Of a stretch of DNA of 64,000 nucleotides, positions 20,543 to 28,170 are shown in pieces. The translations under genes were made by a program, and so were the position numbers. Position 1 is the stretch's first letter; every line of letters starts with the position of its first letter. The stretch is from Obrimoposthia wandeli. Taxonomy: Eukaryota. Below the pieces are notes generated by a model. That model worked only from the letters and a program-made list of their open reading frames with translations, did not search any database and was not told the DNA's origin. The DNA is taken from contig CDROCS010002105.1 in assembly GCA_977020255.1 (NCBI GenBank), positions 186,001-250,000 on the forward strand. Direction: 5' to 3'.

Positions 20543-21003
20543 TCTGGATGATATTGTTAGCTTTATGCAATGGTCTATTAATTGGTTTTTGCCGAGCCCT
20601 TAATGGACGTTTAAGCCAAGATAAGGGACCATTCACAGCATCATTTTACAATCATGCTGGTGGGGTTTTACTGCTTACATTTATTGTTATTATACTTAGC
20701 GGCGCTTCAACTATTCCACTCACTTTATCCAATGTTTGGTTAGAGATTTCATCATCAGGATGGCAGGAAGCGCCATTGTTTACTTATTTAGGCGGTATTA
20801 TTGGTGCTTTGTATGTAGCAATTAACAGCCATGTACTTACCCGTATCGGGGCGTTAAAAACGGCTTTATTTGTCATAAGTGGTCAAATGATTACGGGGGT
20901 GATATTTGATATTAGTGAGCAGTCTATGACTGCATCGATAGCACAGGTGCTAGGCGTCGGACTGATTATTATTGGTATTTATCGCTCACAGCATCGAAGC
21001 TGA
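20539..21003 (+). CDS. DMT family transporter subunit (YdcZ/DUF606-like)
   Basis: Paralogous to the previous gene (LNGRLS, YLGGIIGA, SGQMITGVIFD); ATGA overlap. Confidence 0.8.
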   Translation: MIWMILLALCNGLLIGFCRALNGRLSQDKGPFTASFYNHAGGVLLLTFIVIILSGASTIPLTLSNVWLEISSSGWQEAPLFTYLGGIIGALYVAINSHVLTRIGALKTALFVISGQMITGVIFDISEQSMTASIAQVLGVGLIIIGIYRSQHRS

Positions 21004-21119
21004 TTATACGAATTAGTTTGAAATTGTCTCTTTTTCAACGTCAGAAAACACTCTTATGTTTAGTTGAAAAAGAGACAGAATCAAATTCTTGGGTGGGTAT
21101 ATCAATTGTGAATGTTATT

Positions 21120-21587
21120 TTATGGTTGTACTACAGGCGTTTGGTACGCCTTAGTTCCCCACAAAGGCACAGTAGATAGGCTGTGTTTAAAGCTACCCTC
21201 AGTTTCTTTGGTCGTATAAGACAAATAGAGCAAAGTTTGATTATCAGCATCGTAGATACGTCTAACCTTCATCGTTTTGAAGAAAATACTTTTAGATTTC
21301 TTAAACACGACTTCCCCAGATTTACTCTTGTCGATAGTTGCGATCATCTCTGGTGTTATATCACCTGTTTGACGGCAAGAAATCGAGCTATCACTTGGAT
21401 CAGAAAGGCTTAAATTGGCTTCAACTGATGCGATGTGACAGGTTACACCTGAAATTTTATCGTCATCCAAATTCGATATCTTTATATCTTTCATGGTGAA
21501 CATCCCCAAGGATACATCACCAACTTCATTGTCAGAACAACCAACGAGTAGGGTAGCCAGACCAATTGCGAAGAGGATCTTCTTCAT
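21120..21587 (-). CDS. creA: CreA family protein (lipoprotein signal LVGC)
   Basis: GVTCHI, SSISCRQTG, VFKKSKSIFFK, RIYD, LLYLSY, SLSTVP motifs. Confidence 0.8.
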   Translation of the reverse strand: MKKILFAIGLATLLVGCSDNEVGDVSLGMFTMKDIKISNLDDDKISGVTCHIASVEANLSLSDPSDSSISCRQTGDITPEMIATIDKSKSGEVVFKKSKSIFFKTMKVRRIYDADNQTLLYLSYTTKETEGSFKHSLSTVPLWGTKAYQTPVVQP

Positions 21588-21648
21588 AAAACAAATCCTT
21601 TTAAAATAGAGAGCGATATGATCGATTGTAGGGTATTAACTCTATGAA

Positions 21649-21680
21649 TGAAACGAGCATTTTGAGGTTACTTGGGTATA
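21649..21680 (-). repeat. Solo terminal repeat of the 40688 MITE family
   Basis: Reverse complement TATACCCAAGTAACCTCAAAATGCTCGTTTCA matches the left end of the 40688 element at 30/32; abuts the AraC stop codon. Confidence 0.85.
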
Positions 21681-22580
21681 TTAACGTTGCTGCTGGCGAT
21701 ACTTAGCAGGGGTTATCGAAAAAAACGTTTTAAAGTGTAGTGTGAAATGGGGCTGCGAAGAAAAGCCACATTGTATGGCGATATCAGCCAGAGGTTGCTG
21801 GGTTGTCTTTAATAACATTGCGGCGAGCTGTGTGCGCAGTTTGAGTACATATTGATGAGGGGGAGCTCCGAATGACTGGTGAAACATACGAGAAAAGTGA
21901 AATTCACTTAATTCAGCTATATTCGCCAGTTGCTCAATAGTAATCTTTGAATCTAAGTGGTCATGAATATATTCATTGATTCGCTTTGCGACAATGGGTG
22001 ACAAGCCACCTGTAATATTGGGTATATTAAATTGAACATTACAGTGATTTTTTAATAAATGTACGTAAATAATTTGCTGAATATGCGTAAAAGCAAGAGC
22101 GTCTGAACGATCATGCCAATTCAGTGGTAATAAGGTGTGATGGATTATATTGCTTAAGTAGCTGTCATCCACAAATGTTTGATCCATTAATTCAATATTC
22201 CGGCCTTCTTTATCGAATGCTTTTTCAAATGTGCTTTGCAGATGGTTATGCCCAAAATAAAGATGTAAGAACGTAAAGCGAGAGCTAAATCGCCACTGAG
22301 ATTGATGCTCTGCAGGCATTAAACAAAGCTTATCAGGGGCACCATATAAAGGTTTTGCTTGATTGTATAATCGATGGGTTTTTTCGCCACCATCAAGATA
22401 AAAACTTAACGTGTGGTGGTCGGGTTTACAGTAATTCGCCTGGCCATTTTCATTGCTCCATATAGCAGCCCCACTGCCATTGGGTAACCATAATTGGTTA
22501 TGCAGGGTAGCGGTGTTGTTTTGTAATGCATTGAAAATAGTGTTATTTTCTGTATTATTACGATCGATTTTTTCTATCAA
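21681..22580 (-). CDS. AraC family transcriptional regulator
   Basis: C-terminal double HTH (LSEFHFSRMFHQSFG, IAIQCGFSSQPHFT). Confidence 0.92.
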   Translation of the reverse strand: MIEKIDRNNTENNTIFNALQNNTATLHNQLWLPNGSGAAIWSNENGQANYCKPDHHTLSFYLDGGEKTHRLYNQAKPLYGAPDKLCLMPAEHQSQWRFSSRFTFLHLYFGHNHLQSTFEKAFDKEGRNIELMDQTFVDDSYLSNIIHHTLLPLNWHDRSDALAFTHIQQIIYVHLLKNHCNVQFNIPNITGGLSPIVAKRINEYIHDHLDSKITIEQLANIAELSEFHFSRMFHQSFGAPPHQYVLKLRTQLAAMLLKTTQQPLADIAIQCGFSSQPHFTLHFKTFFSITPAKYRQQQR

Positions 22581-22772
22581 TGCAACACCTTAATGTCGTG
22601 ATAATCAGTAATTGCGAGGTGTAATGATACAATTTTTTAACAACTTTTATATATTATGTCTGAATTAACCGCAAGAACATATAATTCCCCGCAGTAACCT
22701 GTAATTCATTTTTTCCTTAGCTGTGTATCTTGATTCTGTCGTTGTTGTCACGATGTTATTGAAAAGGAATAA

Positions 22773-23699
22773 ATGATGAATTTGATACTGTATTTTTCAA
22801 CGGTGTTAATTTGGGGCACTACGTGGTTAGCCATTGCCTTTCAAATAGGGGATGCCCCCGTTACTTTGTCTGTAAGCTATCGGTTTGGATTAGCAGCCGC
22901 AGTCTTGATGTTGTTATTAGTATTAAAAGGCGTATCACTTAAAATTTCTAAGAAAAATCATTTGTTTGCCTTATCGCTCGGTGGCTTTTTATTTTCGACG
23001 AACTTTATCTGTTTTTATTATGCGACCTATTATATTCCTAGTGGCCTTAATGCGGTTATCTTCTCGCTCGCACCATTGTTGAATGCATTAAATGGTTGGC
23101 TTTTTTTACGCAATACACCTGATAAACGTGTAATTCAAGGCGGTATTATTGGTGTTATTGGTGTCTTGTTATTATTTCTGCCACAAATATTATCAACGGA
23201 AACCAATCAACTGGCGATTTTGGGGTTATTTCTTTCTCTTGCTGGCACTTACTGCTTTTCATGTGGAAATTTTATTTCATCTAAAGCACAGTCACTGCAC
23301 ATGCCTTTGTTACCGACAACGGCTTGGGGGATGGCATATGGCAGTGGATTTTTATTAATACTTACCGTTACGATGGGCAATGAAATTTTACTGCCAATGG
23401 ATAAAGATTACTTATTATCATTGTTATACCTTGCCATTTTTGGTTCTGTAATCGGCTTTAATACGTACTTATTACTGGTGGGGCGAATTGGTCCACAAAA
23501 AGCAGCCTACTGCACCGTGTTGTTTCCTATCATCGCGTTATTACTATCTACTTGGTTTGAAGGCTACAAGTGGGAGTGGCCTGCAGTACTGGGTGTTGTT
23601 ATGGTGATTATGGGTAATTTTCGTGTGTTTGGTATCGATAGCCAATGGTTGAATCGATACCGCCTTTTCAGGCAACGTTTAGTGGATACATCAAGTTAA
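22773..23699 (+). CDS. EamA/DMT family 10-TM transporter
   Basis: LIWGTTW start, duplicated EamA halves, GSVIGFNTY; divergent from AraC. Confidence 0.9.
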   Translation: MMNLILYFSTVLIWGTTWLAIAFQIGDAPVTLSVSYRFGLAAAVLMLLLVLKGVSLKISKKNHLFALSLGGFLFSTNFICFYYATYYIPSGLNAVIFSLAPLLNALNGWLFLRNTPDKRVIQGGIIGVIGVLLLFLPQILSTETNQLAILGLFLSLAGTYCFSCGNFISSKAQSLHMPLLPTTAWGMAYGSGFLLILTVTMGNEILLPMDKDYLLSLLYLAIFGSVIGFNTYLLLVGRIGPQKAAYCTVLFPIIALLLSTWFEGYKWEWPAVLGVVMVIMGNFRVFGIDSQWLNRYRLFRQRLVDTSS

Positions 23700-23725
23700 A
23701 AAAAAGCCGACTTAAGAAAGTCGGC
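23698..23725 (-). terminator. Orphan minus-strand intrinsic terminator
   Basis: Minus strand reads GCCGACUU-UCUU-AAGUCGGC-U8; no U-tract follows the hairpin on the plus strand. Confidence 0.8.
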
Positions 23726-23800
23726 AAGAGACGCAGTAAGGAGTACATATGCCATTGATAGCGAAGTTTACATATGCTTACGTCATGTAATTTACTTAAC
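23698..23800 (-). ncRNA. Candidate Hfq-type small RNA (5' end uncertain)
   Basis: Strong terminator with no minus-strand CDS within ~850 bp; unpaired anti-SD ACUCCUUA upstream of it; 5' stem extended by G-U pairs only on this strand. Confidence 0.5.
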
Positions 23801-24094
23801 AAACATTATTACGTGCCAAACCGTCAATATGATCACTCTAGTGTTTGAAATATTAAATTTTTAAACATTACATAATCTTTTTTTATGTAACATTTTGAAA
23901 TAAAGGGTTATTTTAACAATTTTTCACGTGAATAATTATTCTCTTCTTCGTCAATAAGGTATTTTTTTTAAGAAAATGGTAATTTGAACTTTTATTTAAC
24001 AATAAATACACATAGGATAAAGAGTACTTAAATTTAGTTAGGAGGAGTGTTTTAGGGGGAGAATCTTTACACATAAAAAATTCTGGAGGATAAG

Positions 24095-24424
24095 ATGTCG
24101 AATATCATAGCTTTTCCAGTAAAAGAGCAGCCAAAAGAATTGTCACCACTAGAAGTAGTTGTTGAACAGGAACTACTCGATATTGGTGCAGACCCAATGA
24201 TGGCGAGAGTAATAGTAGAGCGGATGGAAAAGTTCTTAGTATTAGCCTCATTTGAGTTTGATATGACCATGTCGGTGTCGAAAGAATGTGTAGATGAAAT
24301 GCGTGAATCTGTATTTCCAGCCATTACAAAAATGGAGACCAATATTAAAGATGCAATGAGTGAATTAATGACAGAAAGAGTGTTGCACGAAATTCAGTTG
24401 TATCGACTTGAGCAACAAGCCTAA
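24095..24424 (+). CDS. Hypothetical protein (acidic, helical)
   Basis: 109 aa; GGAGG RBS; own terminator at 24505. Confidence 0.75.
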   Translation: MSNIIAFPVKEQPKELSPLEVVVEQELLDIGADPMMARVIVERMEKFLVLASFEFDMTMSVSKECVDEMRESVFPAITKMETNIKDAMSELMTERVLHEIQLYRLEQQA

Positions 24425-24504
24425 TCAACCAGCGTCATGTATTCGAAGTTAGTAATACGATCCGCAGTTAAACAGACAAAATATATGAATAGTTCAATTT
24501 GAAT

Positions 24505-24530
24505 GCCGCTGCCGTTATGCAGCGGTTTTT
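24505..24530 (+). terminator. Intrinsic terminator
   Basis: CCGCTGC-CGTTAT-GCAGCGG-TTTTT. Confidence 0.75.
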
Positions 24531-24585
24531 CGTTCAAATATATTATGTTTTGACTATGAAAGTACTTCTTGATGTTTAAAAGTAC

Positions 24586-25659
24586 TTATTGATGTTTTAT
24601 AGGGGGTGGTTCGTCGCCAGTAGGATTCTCGCCTATTTGCCATAACTTCTCAGCTTTAGAGCCTATAGCCCAAAAGCTAAGCGCCAGCACAGCAAAGAAT
24701 ATTGTTTTATGCGACGATTCCCAAAAGTACTCAAAGTAACGAGTATAAAAATTAATCAATAGAAAGGTGATACCAAAACTACGACTTAATGTGTCATTGA
24801 ACTTAATGCCGACATAAATTGCTATAAAACAAACAGTAATAGCCAATATAGACCAATGGATCAATTCAATTTGCTTAACATTTGACCAGGCTGCTATATC
24901 ACCATAGTTACCAAAAATAGAAAGCAGCCATAGCGATATAAATAAATACAACAGCCCAACAAATCGGGTCGGTTCTTGTAAGCGCTCATACTTTGGATAT
25001 TTAGGGAATAATAGACTTAATGCAGTAATAGCAGCGCCAACAAAAACAAAGCGTAGAGGGTGGTTCATACCTAAAAAGTAGGCATCCCAATCAGATAAGA
25101 AGCTTGTTTCTGTTAACACCCAAACACCAAAAGTGAACAGTGCAAATAGCCAGATCAATATCGATGATAGCCGTAATCCAAGAACAGCATAAATGGCAGT
25201 TAGCAGTAAAAGCAGTGGGGCTTCATGCGTATCGCCATATAACGATGTAGCCCCAAAAAAGCCAACAGAGACTGCCGTCATTACAACACCAAAGAAGAAT
25301 GTCGCTTCATTACTGATATTTTTCGTTGGATATTTACGTCGACGGTGAATACCTACGGCATATAACCCAGCGGCAATTACCGCGGTTAATATAGAAAGCA
25401 CGCCAGCAGGGGCATCAAAGATTTTGGCGAGTAAATCGAGTAAGTAATCGTCTGCAAGTAATACACCCAACGAGATAACGAAGCATGTAATCGCAATCCA
25501 GAATGAATATACAGCCAATAACTTCCAATCAAAGCCGACAATCTGCATGCTTTGTCTTAATGTATTGGCTTGATCTGTACTGATCGTGAGTTTTTCTTCC
25601 CAAGAATCAATCGCATTGTTTAGTACTTGCGCTTTCTTTTTACTTACTTTCATTATCAC
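24586..25659 (-). CDS. DUF2157-like polytopic membrane protein
   Basis: N-terminal 'AIDSWEEKLTISTDQANTL' amphipathic segment followed by ~11 TM helices. Confidence 0.65.
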   Translation of the reverse strand: MIMKVSKKKAQVLNNAIDSWEEKLTISTDQANTLRQSMQIVGFDWKLLAVYSFWIAITCFVISLGVLLADDYLLDLLAKIFDAPAGVLSILTAVIAAGLYAVGIHRRRKYPTKNISNEATFFFGVVMTAVSVGFFGATSLYGDTHEAPLLLLLTAIYAVLGLRLSSILIWLFALFTFGVWVLTETSFLSDWDAYFLGMNHPLRFVFVGAAITALSLLFPKYPKYERLQEPTRFVGLLYLFISLWLLSIFGNYGDIAAWSNVKQIELIHWSILAITVCFIAIYVGIKFNDTLSRSFGITFLLINFYTRYFEYFWESSHKTIFFAVLALSFWAIGSKAEKLWQIGENPTGDEPPPIKHQ

Positions 25660-25709
25660 GGCCTGTTATTCATCCGTTGTAATGTAGCGAAAGCCACCGT
25701 GAATGTAAA

Positions 25710-26528
25710 TTATGGCCCATAAACCAGCCTCATAAAATCTGACGTTATGTGTTGCTCTAATTCGGCAGCTTGTTCTGTTGGGCAAAAAATTGTGATATGC
25801 ATTACGCTTTCACCGGTGCAATTTGTACCAATATGAATGTGTGGTTCTGCGCCAGGTAAATCAACACCAGCGTGTCGTTCAATAACACTGTTGTAGCGTC
25901 GTGCAACCTCAATGAATTCTTCGCTATAGTCGTTGATATTGCTGATTAGCTCATCATGGTACGAGAACAAATTGCGCTCTTTTGGCCCAACAATCGTGAA
26001 GTTATGATAAACATAACGTTTCATAAAATTCATATTTTTGATGGTATGTGAAAAGAACATGCTATTGGGCAGTGTTAGTGTCTTTCCCGTGTAATCGTAA
26101 CGGTTATGCGCGATATCGATTTCCTGAATCTTCGTTGAGAGCATTGTATGCTCAATCACTTCGCCGCGAAGATCACCCACTTCGATCCAGTCTCCGATTG
26201 TAAAGGAGCTAGATGATGCGCGATGTATCGATCCTGTTATACAAAGAATCATTTCTTTAGAGGCAATAACAACGGCCATAGCAATAGCAGTTAAAGATAA
26301 TGCGAACTCTTTTATTTCTGAATTCCAAATACCAAAAAGAGTGATAATAATAAGAATTGCAAAACCATTTTTTGTACGAGACATCCATTGACGTTGTTTT
26401 TCACTAATGAAATTGTGATCGCCTCGAATGATTTTTAATACTAATACACGTAATAATATTAACGTCGTGATTATGACTAGAGTTGTAATGATTTTGTGCT
26501 CAATGGCGAAAGTTAAGAGTTCAAGCAT
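25710..26528 (-). CDS. MscS-family mechanosensitive channel
   Basis: 3 TM followed by FTIGDWIEVGDLRGEV and TLTLPNSMFF. Confidence 0.9.
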   Translation of the reverse strand: MLELLTFAIEHKIITTLVIITTLILLRVLVLKIIRGDHNFISEKQRQWMSRTKNGFAILIIITLFGIWNSEIKEFALSLTAIAMAVVIASKEMILCITGSIHRASSSSFTIGDWIEVGDLRGEVIEHTMLSTKIQEIDIAHNRYDYTGKTLTLPNSMFFSHTIKNMNFMKRYVYHNFTIVGPKERNLFSYHDELISNINDYSEEFIEVARRYNSVIERHAGVDLPGAEPHIHIGTNCTGESVMHITIFCPTEQAAELEQHITSDFMRLVYGP

Positions 26529-26739
26529 TGCTGTGCTAAGTGCCTTGTTAATGTTCAGAGAAGAGTATGGTTGTGTAGAAAAGATGCGCAGTATACGCTT
26601 GGCTTTCGAACAGTAAAGCGTTTTTATAATGAAAAATAAACAAAAGATGAAATATGAAAATCATGCCGTCTAATTCGGTTGATTAAACACATTATTGGCG
26701 TAAAAATGTGGGGCTAAGTATACTTTTTGAATGCGAATA

Positions 26740-27192
26740 TTACTGGTCGTTATCTTCTAAAATATCTTCAGGCATAAAGGTTAAAATATGCTGCTCTGAT
26801 GTTAGTGTTAACACATCATTTTCTAATGCTATGCTGTTCCATTCTTGTAGAGATACCGTCATTACTGATTCAGTTGTTGCTTGGTCATCTTGAATACAAG
26901 CCATTTTTGTCGAGCTCAGTGTGTCGATTTTAAATTTATTGTCTTTAAGTTCAGCTTGCCCAAAAAAGCGATTACAGCCACCAAACCCAGACACCTTAAG
27001 GTCTGAATCGATAGCCATATTGGGAATAACTCTTGGCTCTTTTATGGTGATTTCTTTTCCATCGATGTTAGTTAAAACCCAGTTTTGCTGTAGATTTTTA
27101 CTGGAAAAGCCGATTTGTTCACTATCCTCACAACCTGCAAGCAATAATGGCGTAAAGATACCTGCTAGTAACCATTTTCTCATTGTGAGCAC
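26740..27192 (-). CDS. META domain (HslJ-like) lipoprotein
   Basis: Lipobox LAGC; WVLTNIDG, GFGGCNRFFG, STKMAC. Confidence 0.88.
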   Translation of the reverse strand: MLTMRKWLLAGIFTPLLLAGCEDSEQIGFSSKNLQQNWVLTNIDGKEITIKEPRVIPNMAIDSDLKVSGFGGCNRFFGQAELKDNKFKIDTLSSTKMACIQDDQATTESVMTVSLQEWNSIALENDVLTLTSEQHILTFMPEDILEDNDQ

Positions 27193-27246
27193 CTTTGTTT
27201 ATCTAAAATTTTTCAGATAGTGTTATTTTAGCAGCATTATCAATGA

Positions 27247-27576
27247 CTATTTGTGCTGATTCCGACCAAAGTAGTTATTTTGGACTTTATGTAAACGAAG
27301 TCCGTTATCGTTTTCTTGTGCGTAGGCTTCCATTGCATCGCAGTAACTTTCGTTTTCCTTAAAAGCGTCACGTGTAATGTCGATGGTACGTTCTGCAATC
27401 TGTCTTTCCTGTAGCGCAATGGTACTGTCACTATAAATAATCTGCTGATTAACAATGAGTCGCTCAAGATTTTTCATGCAAGCTTGTTCGTTCTGCATAA
27501 CTGTTGTGACGTTATTTGAAGCGTACGAGAAAAATGATAGAGAAAGTGTAACGATAATAAAAAGAACATTAGGCAT
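27247..27576 (-). CDS. Secreted hypothetical protein
   Basis: Signal peptide (SYA); two Cys; helical. Confidence 0.6.
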   Translation of the reverse strand: MPNVLFIIVTLSLSFFSYASNNVTTVMQNEQACMKNLERLIVNQQIIYSDSTIALQERQIAERTIDITRDAFKENESYCDAMEAYAQENDNGLRLHKVQNNYFGRNQHK

Positions 27577-27713
27577 AAGTGCAGATAACTAGTCGTTTGA
27601 TGGAAATATTATATATATTTGACCATATATATCAATAGCTTAAATACTTACTGGCCGACTGTTACCACAGAAGGTCACATTTTTACTGTTTACAGGTGTA
27701 GATTTTGTGAAAA

Positions 27714-28022
27714 CTAATCTTGAAGGGGCAAAGAAGATAAACATTCTCGACAAACACAGCTTCCTGCTTCTAGGCTTGATGTGTCACGTTTTGTTAGCTC
27801 AAAACACCAACACGTTGATTTTCCGGCGCTGATCTCACAGTAAGCCGGCTTTCCGCATAGGCTGCAGGCATGCGTTGTGCGTAATCCTTTGATCTCATCA
27901 ATTGTTTTGACATGTTCATCATCAGACATATGACGCCATTCTCCTACTTCACTCATTGTGCGTAAACAGCCACTGCATACACCATCGTTATTTTTACATT
28001 TACCAACACAAGGTGTTTTCAC
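27714..28022 (-). CDS. DUF1289 + cysteine-rich CWC domain protein
   Basis: 12 Cys: PCVGKC...CSGCLRT-x-x-E (DUF1289) then CSLC...C...CWC...CVC-x-x-C. Confidence 0.75.
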   Translation of the reverse strand: MKTPCVGKCKNNDGVCSGCLRTMSEVGEWRHMSDDEHVKTIDEIKGLRTTHACSLCGKPAYCEISAGKSTCWCFELTKRDTSSLEAGSCVCRECLSSLPLQD

Positions 28023-28122
28023 TGTTTAATCCAATCTAGAGTACTAAGAGCGCGTAATGTATCAGAATAAAAGCGCAACCTACAGGCTGTAAGTTGCACT
28101 TGTTACTTGAATTCAGCTGTGA

Positions 28123-28170
28123 TATGCCCTAGTTACCTCAAGATGCTGGATTAAGAGATCATCAGCGTTT
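28123..28170 (+). repeat. Decayed end of the 40688 MITE family overlapping the ovoA stop
   Basis: TATGCCCTAGTTACCTCAAGATGCTGGATTAAGAGATCATCAGCG aligns to the reverse complement of the element's right end TATACCCAAGCTACCTCAAGATGCAGGATTCAGAGTGATCTCAGCG. Confidence 0.8.

Noticed and set aside
23804-23821. TTTGGCACG sigma54 -24 element upstream of the sRNA candidate (minus strand)
   Set aside because: The -12 position reads TG instead of GC; not called as a promoter, so the sRNA 5' end stays undefined
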